64,000 bases of DNA from Gammaproteobacteria bacterium (GTDB lineage: Bacteria; Pseudomonadota; Gammaproteobacteria; Natronospirales; REEB76). Under the pieces are notes generated by a model. The model did not search any database, had not been told where the DNA came from, and saw only the letters and a list, made by a program, of their open reading frames with translations. The number at the start of each line of letters is the position of its first letter. Within the stretch, counting starts at the first letter, position 1. The translations under genes and the position numbers were made by a program. The DNA lies in the NCBI GenBank assembly GCA_049698775.1, contig JBAVYM010000041.1, positions 5,691 to 69,690 of the forward strand, written 5' to 3'. Positions 45,797 to 55,367 of the stretch are shown here, piece after piece.

Positions 45797-46210
45797 TCAG
45801 AAGGGCTTCACTACCGCTAGGATCACGATGATAATCAAAAGGAGCGCCGGGATTTCGTTGAACCAGCGATAGAAGCGCGCGGTGTGGCGGTTGCGGCCAT
45901 GTCTGAAGTCGGCCATCAACTTGCGGCAATAGATGTGATACAGGATTAGCAGAACCACCAGCACCAGCTTCACGTGCAACCAGCCGGGCATCGGTAGCCA
46001 CCAGCCGATCAGTAGCCACAGGCCGAAGGCAATGGTGCCGGCGGCGCCGATGTTCATGATGATGAACAAACGCCGTTCCATGGTCTCGAAACGCCGCAAG
46101 CTCGGCTCGTCGCGCGCTTCCGCGTGATACACGAACAGCCGTGGCAGATAGAACAACCCGGCGAACCAGGTCACCATGAAGATAATGTGGAAAGCCAGTA
46201 CCCAGCGCAT
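45797..46210 (-). CDS. hemJ: Protoporphyrinogen IX oxidase HemJ
   Basis: AFHIIFMVTWFAGLFYLPRLFVYHAEA ... WLHVKLVLVVLLILYH ... FYRWFNEIPALLLIIIVILAVVKPF is the HemJ family signature. Confidence 0.85.
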   Translation of the reverse strand: MRWVLAFHIIFMVTWFAGLFYLPRLFVYHAEARDEPSLRRFETMERRLFIIMNIGAAGTIAFGLWLLIGWWLPMPGWLHVKLVLVVLLILYHIYCRKLMADFRHGRNRHTARFYRWFNEIPALLLIIIVILAVVKPF

Positions 46211-46452
46211 CAGCCTTTCTCCTCGTGCTTGAAAACAATCGGACGATGAACGTTGCGTATATGCCGATGTATGGCATTACGCCGGCAACAGTGCGGCAGG
46301 ATTGTGCTGGAAATCTTAAATACGCCGCGATGCGCAGGTTATCGTCAAATTCTACCATCACAGACTGAAATCCCGCCGCGAGTAGTGTAGTGCCCGGCGG
46401 GTTCAGCGGGTACCATAGCCCGAGTTCCTGTCGTGAGCGCGCATTTCGTTCG

Positions 46453-47151
46453 ATGCCCAAACAGCTTGTCATCAAACACCACCGGCCAGTGTGGCCGTGG
46501 CTCACCGCCGCATTGGCGTTGGCCGCGGCCGTCATCCTCATTGCGGCGGCATTTTTCTACGGCGGCGCGCGAGCCGGTTACGATCGTCTGGCCGCGATGA
46601 AATTGCAAGCTAATATGGATGCGCTTGAGCAGAAGAATTCCCAACTGCAGGAGCAGATCGTTGTGTTGCAGCGGGAACGCGATGTGGATCAGGCGGCGCG
46701 CCAGCAGGTGCAGCAGGGCTTGGAAGCGCAACAAACCAAGCTGCTCAATCTGCAGGAGGAGCTGGCCTTTTATAAAGGCATCGTCTCGCCGGCCACGGGC
46801 GAAGAAGGCATCCGCGTACAGAGCCTCAAGTTCACGAGCGGAGGCGCACCACGCCTGTATTATTACCACCTGGTATTGGTGCAGGTGCGCACCAAGGAAC
46901 TTCGGATTTCGGGCAGCGTGGACATGAAAATCTATGGCGCGCAACAGGGCAAGCCCGTGATTCTCGACGCACACAGCATCGCGCCCAAGGGCGCCACGCC
47001 TTTGACATTTGCCTTCCAGTATTTCGAGAACCTGGAGGGCGATGCGATTCTTCCCGACGGCTTCGCACCCGGCCGGGTGGAAGTGACGGTGACGGAAAAC
47101 GGCCACGGACCGGTACAGCAGAACTTTGATTGGCGAACCATCAGTGGCTAG
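46453..47151 (+). CDS. Membrane-anchored coiled-coil protein (DUF6776-like), upstream partner of bactofilin
   Basis: It has one N-terminal TM, a coiled coil (LEQKNSQLQEQIVVLQRERD...) and a C-terminal beta-rich domain. The family name is from memory and should be checked. Confidence 0.6.
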   Translation: MPKQLVIKHHRPVWPWLTAALALAAAVILIAAAFFYGGARAGYDRLAAMKLQANMDALEQKNSQLQEQIVVLQRERDVDQAARQQVQQGLEAQQTKLLNLQEELAFYKGIVSPATGEEGIRVQSLKFTSGGAPRLYYYHLVLVQVRTKELRISGSVDMKIYGAQQGKPVILDAHSIAPKGATPLTFAFQYFENLEGDAILPDGFAPGRVEVTVTENGHGPVQQNFDWRTISG

Positions 47152-47162
47152 GAGGTTGGAAA

Positions 47163-47603
47163 ATGTTTAGCGGCAAAACTCAACGGCCCGCCGTGCGCAT
47201 AGACACGCTGGTGGGACGCAATACCGAGATCAACGGCGATGTGAATTTCAGCGGCGGATTGCACGTGGACGGCACCATCCGCGGCAACGTGAGCGCCGGG
47301 AGCGGACCTGAATCCATGCTCAGTCTGAGCCAGCATGGCGTCATCAAGGGTGAGATCCGCGTACCGCATGTGACCATCAACGGCACTGTAGAAGGCGACG
47401 TGTACGCGGAGCAGAGGCTGGAACTCGGTGCTGAAGCGCGCGTCACCGGCGACGTGCATTACAACCTGATCGAGATGGCGGTGGGCGCCACCGTGGACGG
47501 CAAGATGGTGCACAAGCCGGCCGGCCCCATGCTGGCCCTGAGCCATCAGAAATCCGAAGCGAACGCCATCGCGTCCAGTCGCGGAGCCTTGGGCGAGGGT
47601 TGA
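47163..47603 (+). CDS. Bactofilin family cytoskeletal protein
   Basis: The repetitive beta-helix pattern (G.V.G.I....) is visible in INGDVNFSGGLHVDGTIRGNV...INGTVEGDVYAEQRLELGAEARVTGDVHY. Confidence 0.85.
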   Translation: MFSGKTQRPAVRIDTLVGRNTEINGDVNFSGGLHVDGTIRGNVSAGSGPESMLSLSQHGVIKGEIRVPHVTINGTVEGDVYAEQRLELGAEARVTGDVHYNLIEMAVGATVDGKMVHKPAGPMLALSHQKSEANAIASSRGALGEG

Positions 47604-47640
47604 GTTATAATGCGTTCACGGTTCAGCGAGCGTTTTAAAC

Positions 47641-47988
47641 ATGGAAAGCCAGTCAACCCACCTGCCACTTGTGTTCACCAGCGCCGCGGCGCGCAAGGTG
47701 AAGCAGCTCATCGAGGAGGAAGCGAATCCCGCCCTCAAACTGCGCGTGTTTGTCAGCGGCGGTGGCTGCTCGGGTTTCCAGTATGGCTTCACGTTTGACG
47801 AGAACGTGGAAGAGGGCGACACCCAGGTCAGCAACGAAGGTGTGATGCTGCTGGTGGACCCCATGAGCTACCAGTATCTCGCGGGCGCGGAGATTGATTA
47901 CTCCGAGGGCCTGGAAGGCGCGCAGTTCGTGATCCGCAATCCCAACGCCACGACTTCCTGCGGCTGTGGTTCGTCATTCAGCGTCTGA
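47641..47988 (+). CDS. erpA: Iron-sulfur cluster insertion protein ErpA
   Basis: [20 protein letters not shown] and the C-terminal CGCGSSFSV are present. Confidence 0.95.
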   Translation: MESQSTHLPLVFTSAAARKVKQLIEEEANPALKLRVFVSGGGCSGFQYGFTFDENVEEGDTQVSNEGVMLLVDPMSYQYLAGAEIDYSEGLEGAQFVIRNPNATTSCGCGSSFSV

Positions 47989-48007
47989 GAAAAAGTTTTG
48001 GGTGAAC

Positions 48008-48036
48008 AACGGGCGCTGCGGCGCCCGTTTTCGTTT
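48008..48036 (+). terminator. Stem-loop terminator after erpA (convergent with the anmK end)
   Basis: AACGGGCGC-tgcg-GCGCCCGTT is followed by TTCGTTT. Confidence 0.65.
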
Positions 48037-49141
48037 ACGCGTGATACACCGCACCCAGCACGGCGGGTTCGTGTGCGCCGGTAACGGCAGGCAGGTTGCC
48101 GGGCCGGCCGGCGAGGGTTTCGCGCGCCAGCCAGGCGAAGGCGGCCGCTTCCACCCAATCGGGTGGCACGCCGAAATCGCCAGTGGTGGCCAGCGCACAT
48201 TTGGGCAGAAGCACAGCGAGGCGTTTGCGGAGATGCCCGTTGTGGACGCCGCCCCCGCATAGCAGCACGCGCGCGACCTGCGGTGTCTGACGGCTAACCG
48301 CCTCGGCGATGGAACGCGCCGTCAGTTCGCACAGCGTCGCCATGACATCTGCCGCTGATGGTTTTCGGCCGGAGAGTTTTTGTGTGAACCACGTCCGGTT
48401 GAAATATTCGGGGCCGGTGCTCTTGGGCGCCGGCCGCTGGAAATATTCATCCGCCAGCGAAATTTGCAACAACGGTTCAATCACGTGGCCCGACGCGGCG
48501 AACGCGCCATCCTCATCGTGCGGCGCGTGCAGCTGCTCGCGGCTCCATAAATCCATCAGCAGGTTGCCGGGGCCGATGTCGAAGCCGCTGACCGGCCCGT
48601 CTTTTGCCGGCAGCAGCGTCAGGTTTGCGATGCCGCCGATGTTGACCACCGCGCGGGTTTCCTCGCGATCCGCAAACGCCGCACGATGAAACGCTGGCAC
48701 CAGCGGTGCGCCCTGGCCGCCCAAGGCCAGGTCGCGGCGGCGGAAATCCGCCACCGTGGTGATGCCGGTGCGTGCGGCAATGGGATTGGGATCGGCGATT
48801 TGCAGGCTGAACGGGTGCGCACCGGCCGGATGATGCCGCACGGTCTGACCGTGGCTGCCGATGGCGCGGATGTCGCACGCGGATAGTTTGGATTGTTTCA
48901 GTACTTCGAGCGCAGCCAGGGCAAACAAACCACCCAGCTCATGGTCCAGCTTGCCCAGTTGATCTATGGCATCACCCTGATATTGGCCGCTGGCAAATTC
49001 CAGCAATTGCTTGCGTAGCGGAGCGGGATAAGGCAGGAAGTAACTGGCGTATAACCGCGGTGGCCGAGAGAATTCCACCACGGCCGCGTCCACCCCGTCA
49101 CTGCTGGTGCCGGAAATCAGACCGATAAAGTAGTCGCTCAC
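48035..49141 (-). CDS. anmK: Anhydro-N-acetylmuramic acid kinase
   Basis: YFIGLISGTSSDGVDAAVV and ...NIGGIANLT...GPGN.LMD are present. Synteny matches erpA/M23/tyrS. Confidence 0.9.
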   Translation of the reverse strand: MSDYFIGLISGTSSDGVDAAVVEFSRPPRLYASYFLPYPAPLRKQLLEFASGQYQGDAIDQLGKLDHELGGLFALAALEVLKQSKLSACDIRAIGSHGQTVRHHPAGAHPFSLQIADPNPIAARTGITTVADFRRRDLALGGQGAPLVPAFHRAAFADREETRAVVNIGGIANLTLLPAKDGPVSGFDIGPGNLLMDLWSREQLHAPHDEDGAFAASGHVIEPLLQISLADEYFQRPAPKSTGPEYFNRTWFTQKLSGRKPSAADVMATLCELTARSIAEAVSRQTPQVARVLLCGGGVHNGHLRKRLAVLLPKCALATTGDFGVPPDWVEAAAFAWLARETLAGRPGNLPAVTGAHEPAVLGAVYHA

Positions 49142-49156
49142 GCTTGGCGTCTGGAT

Positions 49157-50614
49157 TCAGTGGGCGGTGGTGACTTTGCCTGCGCTGTTGGCGGCAGTCG
49201 TGGCGATACGGGTTTCACCGCCGTTGCTCAACTCCGCGAGCAACGTGTCCAGGCTGCGGGAGAATTCCGGCCGGTACTGTGCCAGGATCGGATCCGCACT
49301 CGGCAGTTTCACGGTACGCGGATTGCGTGGCACACCGTCCACCATGATCTGATAATGAAGATGCGGCCCCGTGGCTTCTCCGCTCTCGCCGACATATCCG
49401 ATGACCTGATCCTGCTTCACGCGGTTGCCCACGTGCAACTTGCTGTTGAAACGCGACATGTGCGCATACAGGGTGCTGTAGCCGTCGCCGTGGTTGATGA
49501 TGACGCAGCGGCCGAAGCCCTCCTTGCGGCCACGGAACACAATGCGGCCATCGCCCGCCGAAACGATGGGCGTACCCGTGGGCGCCGCATAGTCCACCCC
49601 GTAATGGGGGCGCACGAAATGCAGCACCGGATTCATACGGTGCAGGCTGAATTCCGAACTGATGCGTGTGTACGCGACCGGTGCACGCAGCAGCGTTTTG
49701 CGTATGCTGTGGCCGTCGGGCGTGTAGTAATCGGTGTGTCCCGCCGGGTCGGTGAAACGCACAATGCGGTAGGTTTTGCCTGGTGTGACGAATTCGGCCG
49801 CCAGAATCGGGCCGTCGGTTGCCGGTTCGCCCTGGCGATGGATTTTCTGGTACAGCAGCGTGAAGGAATCCCCGCTGCGGATATCGTGGGCAAAATCAAT
49901 ATCCCAGGCGAACAAGTGGATCAATTGCATGGTGACGCTGTCATCGAGTCCGGCACGGCTGGATGCATCAAAAACGGAATTCTCGATGACGCCGTGGGCA
50001 TACGCGATGCTGGTATCGGTGGGGACATCCGCAACAGCGGCCCGGTAACCGTTGGCGTCGCGTGTCACTTCCAATACGTGCGCAGCATCCAGTTTCATGT
50101 TGAGAACGAGTATCCGGCCGCTGTCATCGTGACTGATGCTGATGATTTGGCCTGGATGGATCTGCTTCAAGCGCGAGGTATCGCCGCCCGCGGCCATGAT
50201 TGCGTGCAGGTCGGATACGTTGAGATCGTGGACTGCCAGCAAATGCCCCAGCGTGTCGCCGCGATGGACCGTGAGTTGTAGCGTTTCAGCACCCGCGACG
50301 GTGGCAAGCGTCGCGGTAGTAGCTGCCGGTGGATTGGAAACCGCTACCGAAGCCGCGGCTTGGGCTGGAACCGCGGCGGGCGCGACCACTGTAGCCGCCA
50401 GCACGGAGGGATTGGCGGCAATCTGATTGTTATGTCCGGCGTGGGCGACAGACATGCCGAACAACTGGAAAGTACCGCCAGTGGTCACCGCCAGGGCCAA
50501 CAGCACCCAGAAACGGCGCCGCACTCGCGGCGCGCGCACGGCATGGATGTGCGCTTCGCCGCCTGGCTTATAATCCACCCTGAGCTGGCTGCTGGGTGTG
50601 GTCATGGTTCCCAT
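49157..50614 (-). CDS. M23-family peptidoglycan DD-metalloendopeptidase (MepM/YebA-like, with LysM/OapA-like N-domain)
   Basis: It has an N-terminal TM, LQLTVHRGDTLGHLLAVH (LysM-like), and the M23 motifs HYGVDYAAPTGTPIVSAGDG and GESGEATGPHLHYQI. Confidence 0.9.
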   Translation of the reverse strand: MGTMTTPSSQLRVDYKPGGEAHIHAVRAPRVRRRFWVLLALAVTTGGTFQLFGMSVAHAGHNNQIAANPSVLAATVVAPAAVPAQAAASVAVSNPPAATTATLATVAGAETLQLTVHRGDTLGHLLAVHDLNVSDLHAIMAAGGDTSRLKQIHPGQIISISHDDSGRILVLNMKLDAAHVLEVTRDANGYRAAVADVPTDTSIAYAHGVIENSVFDASSRAGLDDSVTMQLIHLFAWDIDFAHDIRSGDSFTLLYQKIHRQGEPATDGPILAAEFVTPGKTYRIVRFTDPAGHTDYYTPDGHSIRKTLLRAPVAYTRISSEFSLHRMNPVLHFVRPHYGVDYAAPTGTPIVSAGDGRIVFRGRKEGFGRCVIINHGDGYSTLYAHMSRFNSKLHVGNRVKQDQVIGYVGESGEATGPHLHYQIMVDGVPRNPRTVKLPSADPILAQYRPEFSRSLDTLLAELSNGGETRIATTAANSAGKVTTAH

Positions 50615-50744
50615 CCGGTGAGCGAAAACCGGCTAACACTAACGGGTCGAACCAGCGGGGTCAACCCTAAACCCGCGCTAAATCATGGGGATAAGCGGAA
50701 AATCTCCCTCACCCCTGAGGTTTTACGGGCCATTTTCAGGAGTT

Positions 50745-51962
50745 ATGGCTATGCCGACGCCCGCTGAAGCACTGGCGGAGCTCCGCCGGGGTGCCGACGA
50801 AATCCTGCTGGAAACCGAGCTGGCGGAGCGCCTCAAGGCCGGCCAGCCGCTGCGCGTCAAAGCCGGCTTTGACCCTACCGCGCCCGATCTGCACCTCGGT
50901 CACACCGTGCTCATCAACAAGCTGCGCCAGTTCCAGCAACTCGGCCACCAGGCGATTTTCCTGATCGGCGATTTCACCGGCATGATCGGTGATCCCAGCG
51001 GCAAGAATGTGACACGCAAGCCGCTCACGCCGGAAGAGATCGCAGGCAACGCCGAAACCTACAAGGCGCAGATCTTCAAGATCCTCGATCCGGATAAAAC
51101 CCGCATCGAATTCAATTCCCGCTGGATGGAAAAACTCGGCGCCGCCGGTCTGGTGCAACTTGCGGCCAGGCACACCGTCGCGCGCATGCTGGAACGCGAC
51201 GATTTTAAAAAGCGATTTGACAGCGGTCAGCCCATCGCCATCCATGAATTCCTGTACCCGCTCGCGCAAGGTTACGATTCAGTAGCGCTCAAGGCGGATG
51301 TGGAGCTGGGCGGCACCGATCAGAAATTCAACCTGCTGGTCGGCCGTCAGTTGCAGCAATACTACGGCCAGAAACCGCAAGTGATTTTCACCATGCCGAT
51401 CCTGGAAGGGCTGGACGGCACACAGAAAATGTCCAAGTCGCTTGGCAACTACATCGGTATCAGTGAACCACCCGACGACATGTTCGGTAAACTCATGTCC
51501 ATTTCCGACGAACTCATGTGGCGCTACTTTGAATTGCTGAGTTTTCGTCCCCTGAACGAGATCGAGAAATTCAAGCGTGACATAAAAGACGGTGCCAATC
51601 CGCGCGACATCAAGTTCCTGTTGGCGGAAGAAATCGTGGTGCGTTTTCACGGTGCGGGCGCGGCCAGAGCAGCACATGCCGGGTTCATCGCGCGTTTCCA
51701 GAAAGGCGTTGTTCCGGAAGACATGCCCGAACACATCATCAAGGTGGAACCAGGCGGCATTGCGATTGGTGCCTTGCTCAAGCAATGCAACCTCGTCGCC
51801 AGTGTTTCCGAAGCCAACCGTATGTTGGAACAGGGCGGTGTGCGCGTGGACGGCGAGAAGGTCACGGACCGCAACCTGAAACTCGGCATCGGCAAGTCGT
51901 ATGTGCTGCAAGTGGGCAAGCGCAAATTCGCACGCGTGCAGTTGCGACACGCAGCGAAATAA
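50745..51962 (+). CDS. tyrS: Tyrosine--tRNA ligase (type 2)
   Basis: HIGH-type DLHLGH, KMSKS and a C-terminal S4-like domain are present. The start is ATG 50745 or 50751. Confidence 0.95.
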   Translation: MAMPTPAEALAELRRGADEILLETELAERLKAGQPLRVKAGFDPTAPDLHLGHTVLINKLRQFQQLGHQAIFLIGDFTGMIGDPSGKNVTRKPLTPEEIAGNAETYKAQIFKILDPDKTRIEFNSRWMEKLGAAGLVQLAARHTVARMLERDDFKKRFDSGQPIAIHEFLYPLAQGYDSVALKADVELGGTDQKFNLLVGRQLQQYYGQKPQVIFTMPILEGLDGTQKMSKSLGNYIGISEPPDDMFGKLMSISDELMWRYFELLSFRPLNEIEKFKRDIKDGANPRDIKFLLAEEIVVRFHGAGAARAAHAGFIARFQKGVVPEDMPEHIIKVEPGGIAIGALLKQCNLVASVSEANRMLEQGGVRVDGEKVTDRNLKLGIGKSYVLQVGKRKFARVQLRHAAK

Positions 51963-51972
51963 TCTGCCCGGT

Positions 51973-53382
51973 TCAAAACAGCGGTTTTTCCCGCAGCGTG
52001 GTGCGAGCCAGCCACTTTTCTCCCTTGACCACCGCTGCACCCGTGTGCAACGTCATGGGGTCCGGCGCACCCGCCGCCGTCAGATTGGAATGACACAGCG
52101 CCATGCGCGGGCGCCCGGCGATTTTTTTTCCGATCTTCAGATACTGGGTTTCACCGCCCGCCTCCGGTGCGCGCAGGTACACCAGGAAGGATGCCACTCG
52201 CTGACCCGAGTGGTCACCGATGCGCAGGTTGTTTTCCAGGCGCGCGGCGTCGAAATAATCCAGATGCGGTGCGTAACGATCATTGGCCTGATAGCGCAGC
52301 ACCGACAACGGTTCCACGTGGCTGGTGGGCAGGTCAAAGATCGCCGCGATGCGCCGTTCGATATTGCGCACCACGGCGTCGCTGTCCGGCAGGTGGAATA
52401 CCGCCGCCTCGCCGGTGAACGCGGTCTGCTCGCCCGACAGGCGTTCGCGCGTGGCTACGCGCGCTGGCGCGAGACGCGCCGCGGCCAGTGCCTGCAGATG
52501 CGCGCATTCGCTCTCACTGACGAAGTTGTCCACCGTGAAAATGTGCGGCGTTGCGCTGATGACATTGGGCCCGTCTGGCTGATGCGGCTTGCCGGTACTG
52601 ACATCCCGCGCCGCGGCGACGGTCAACGCGGGTTCCCCGAGAGTGGCGAGATTTTCTTCCGCGAAGTGCAGTAAAACCAGCGGATTGGCGGCCAGCGCGG
52701 CATCGGATTCTAGCCGCTGCTGAATGACGCGCAGGCGTTCGCGCAGGCGTTCCGCAAGCCCGATGGCTTTGGTACGCGCAGCGGAATCAAGCTGCGCGTC
52801 CAATTGAGCGAGTTGTTCTTCGGCCAGCGGATAGCGCGCGAACGCCGCCATCGCCAGACAGGCGTGTGCCGCCTGCAAATCCTGCGATTGCTCGTGATTG
52901 GCCATGTAACGCAGGCCCAGATTGAAAAGCCCGCGTGGATCGGCGAGCGCCGCGGCGCGCACATAGCTTTCGGTTGCCGCGCACGCATCCGACTTTGTGC
53001 CCAGGCCCTCGTCGTGCATGTAAGCCAGATTGCAGAGCGCGTGCGGGTACGCCATGGCGGCGGTGCGCGCGTACCAACGCAAGGCTTCGGCATCGTCCCG
53101 GGCTACGCCGTAGCCGAGCATATATAAATCCGCGAGCCGGTCCTGGGCCACGGGATGACCCTGTGCAGCGGCCTGCCGGTACCAGTGCGCGGCTTCGGAG
53201 GCGGCGTCCGGCAACAGGTGCACCTGGGCGTACAGATGTCCCAGGGCCACTTTGGCTTCGATGCAATCCGCCGATGCGGACTTTTTCAGGAGTTCCAAAC
53301 CGCGGTCGAATTCCGGTGTGCCAAATTGATTGGCGCTCACCAGCGCTTCGCCGTCCTTGCACCAGATTTCCGGCGTGCTCAT
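51973..53382 (-). CDS. Sel1-repeat protein fused to a 2OG-Fe(II) oxygenase (prolyl 4-hydroxylase-like) domain
   Basis: The N-terminal half has Sel1-like repeats (A..WYRQAAAQGHPVAQDRLADLYMLGYGV; ALRWYARTAAMAYPHALCNLAYMHDEGLG). The C-terminal half has the P4H pattern (YAPHLDYFD ... RVASFLVYL ... GGETQY ... HTGAAVVKGEKW). Confidence 0.7.
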   Translation of the reverse strand: MSTPEIWCKDGEALVSANQFGTPEFDRGLELLKKSASADCIEAKVALGHLYAQVHLLPDAASEAAHWYRQAAAQGHPVAQDRLADLYMLGYGVARDDAEALRWYARTAAMAYPHALCNLAYMHDEGLGTKSDACAATESYVRAAALADPRGLFNLGLRYMANHEQSQDLQAAHACLAMAAFARYPLAEEQLAQLDAQLDSAARTKAIGLAERLRERLRVIQQRLESDAALAANPLVLLHFAEENLATLGEPALTVAAARDVSTGKPHQPDGPNVISATPHIFTVDNFVSESECAHLQALAAARLAPARVATRERLSGEQTAFTGEAAVFHLPDSDAVVRNIERRIAAIFDLPTSHVEPLSVLRYQANDRYAPHLDYFDAARLENNLRIGDHSGQRVASFLVYLRAPEAGGETQYLKIGKKIAGRPRMALCHSNLTAAGAPDPMTLHTGAAVVKGEKWLARTTLREKPLF

Positions 53383-53475
53383 GCTGGCAGTGTAGCAAAG
53401 GCTTTGGCTTGATTGGTCGGCTTGGTTCCCCCCGCGACTGTGGAGTAACCTGTACGCCCTTTTCCGAGGCGCGGC

Positions 53476-54669
53476 ATGCAACTCACCGGCAAACACATCC
53501 TCCTCGGCGTCACTGGCGGCATCGCCTCGTATAAATGCCCGGATCTGGTGCGGCGGCTGCGCGAATCCGGCGCCGAGGTGCAGGTGGTGATGACTCAGAG
53601 CGCGCAGCGCTTCGTGACACCACTGACATTCCAGGCTGTCTCAGGCAAGGCCGTGCATACGGAACTCTGGGATACCTCCGCCGAATTCGCCATGGGACAT
53701 ATTGAACTTGCGCGCTGGGCGGATCTGGTGCTGGTGGCGCCGGCCACCGCCGGTTTTATGGCGCGGCTCGCCCACGGCCACGCCGATGATCTGCTCACCA
53801 CTCTTTGCCTCGCCGCACAAGCACCCATCGCCGTCGCGCCGGCCATGAACTGGGTAATGTGGGAACATGCCGCGACCCAGGAAAACGTGCGGCATCTTGC
53901 CGGACGCGGCGTGCGCATCTTGGGCCCAGTAGCCGGCGAACTGGCGGAAGGCGAGATCGGCATGGGCCGCATGCTGGAACCGGCGGAAATCGTCGCCGCC
54001 TTGAATGACACCAGCAGCACCCCGCTCAAGGGGATACGCATATTGGTCACCGCCGGACCCACGCGCGAACCCATTGATCCAGTGCGTTACTTGAGCAACC
54101 GCAGTTCCGGCAAGATGGGTTTTGCGGTGGCGCGCGCCGCCGCCGAAGCTGGCGCGCAGGTGACGCTGGTGAGCGGCCCCACGCATCTCGCCACGCCGCG
54201 CGACGTGCGCCGCGTGGACGTGGAGACCGCAGTGCAGATGCACGCGGCGGTCATGCGCGAAGTGGCGCACACGGATATTTTCATTGCTGCAGCGGCGGTG
54301 GCGGATTACGCGCCTGCGGAAGCGGCGCGTCAGAAAATCAAGAAACGCAATGATGCTCTGGAGCTGAAGCTGACGAAAACCCCGGATATTCTGGCTGAAG
54401 TGGCGGCGCGCAAACCTAAACCTTTCACCGTGGGCTTCGCCGCGGAAACCGAGCAACTCGAAGCGCGTGCGCGCGAGAAGCTGGAAAACAAACGTCTCGA
54501 TATGATTGCTGCCAACTGGGTGGGCGCGGGCCGCGGTTTCGAACGCGATGACAATGCGCTTACGGTTTATTGGAAGGGCGATTCTGCGGCACTCGGGAGT
54601 GCCTCGAAGCTGGAGTTGGCGCAGCGACTCATGCAACTTGTTGCCGAGCGCTATCTACAAAGCCGCTGA
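53476..54669 (+). CDS. coaBC: Bifunctional phosphopantothenoylcysteine decarboxylase/synthetase
   Basis: ILLGVTGGIASYK, PAMN..MW and ...ITAGPTREPIDPVRYLSNRSSGKMG are present. Confidence 0.95.
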   Translation: MQLTGKHILLGVTGGIASYKCPDLVRRLRESGAEVQVVMTQSAQRFVTPLTFQAVSGKAVHTELWDTSAEFAMGHIELARWADLVLVAPATAGFMARLAHGHADDLLTTLCLAAQAPIAVAPAMNWVMWEHAATQENVRHLAGRGVRILGPVAGELAEGEIGMGRMLEPAEIVAALNDTSSTPLKGIRILVTAGPTREPIDPVRYLSNRSSGKMGFAVARAAAEAGAQVTLVSGPTHLATPRDVRRVDVETAVQMHAAVMREVAHTDIFIAAAAVADYAPAEAARQKIKKRNDALELKLTKTPDILAEVAARKPKPFTVGFAAETEQLEARAREKLENKRLDMIAANWVGAGRGFERDDNALTVYWKGDSAALGSASKLELAQRLMQLVAERYLQSR

Positions 54670-54711
54670 CCAGGATTTCAATCCCGCGTCCATCAACGTC
54701 GAGGATTTTTC

Positions 54712-55167
54712 ATGCACGCTGTAAAAGTGAAGATTCTGGATGCGCGCATCGGCAAGGAATTCCCGCTGCCCGCCTACGCCACATCGGGTTCCGCGGGCCT
54801 GGACCTGCGCGCCTGTCTCAAACAGGCTCAGATACTCAAACCCGGCGACACGGTGCTGATTCCTTCCGGCATCGCTATCCATATCGACGATCCGGGTTAT
54901 GCCGCGGTGCTGTTGCCACGCTCCGGACTCGGTCACAAGCATGGCATCGTGCTCGGCAATCTGGTGGGCCTGATAGATTCCGATTACCAGGGTGAAATCC
55001 TGGTGTCGTGCTGGAACCGCGGCCACGAGGAATTTGTCATCCAACCCGGGGAACGCATCGCGCAGATGATTATTGTGCCGGTGGTGCAGGCAAGATTCGA
55101 AATGGTGGCTGAATTTGCCGAAAGTGCGCGCGGCACCGGCGGCTTTGGTCATTCTGGCCAGCATTGA
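54712..55167 (+). CDS. dut: dUTP diphosphatase
   Basis: [36 protein letters not shown] and GTGGFGHSG are present. Confidence 0.95.
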   Translation: MHAVKVKILDARIGKEFPLPAYATSGSAGLDLRACLKQAQILKPGDTVLIPSGIAIHIDDPGYAAVLLPRSGLGHKHGIVLGNLVGLIDSDYQGEILVSCWNRGHEEFVIQPGERIAQMIIVPVVQARFEMVAEFAESARGTGGFGHSGQH

Positions 55168-55197
55168 TTTTGTCGGCAACGGCGCGGAGTAGTACCT

Positions 55198-55367
55198 GTA
55201 GGTTGGGCTGAGCGCAGTGAAGCCCAACATGAATCCAATCTCGCAATGACACAACCGAACCAGCGTCATTGCGAGTGCAGCGAAGCAATCTCGTGATGAG
55301 ATTGCTGCGGCCGGTGACCAGCCTCGCAATGACAAATTGGGGTTCGGAAGACCTCACCCCAAGCTAC
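55198..55367. repeat. 170-bp composite MITE/REP-like element of the same family as 34515-34586
   Basis: The termini are GTAGGTTGGGCTGAG...CTCACCCCAAGCTAC. Internal hairpins include TCGCAATGAC/GTCATTGCGA and GCAATCTC-gtgat-GAGATTGC. Its last bases contain the stop codon (55364-55366) of the TPR paralog 3 gene. Confidence 0.6.
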
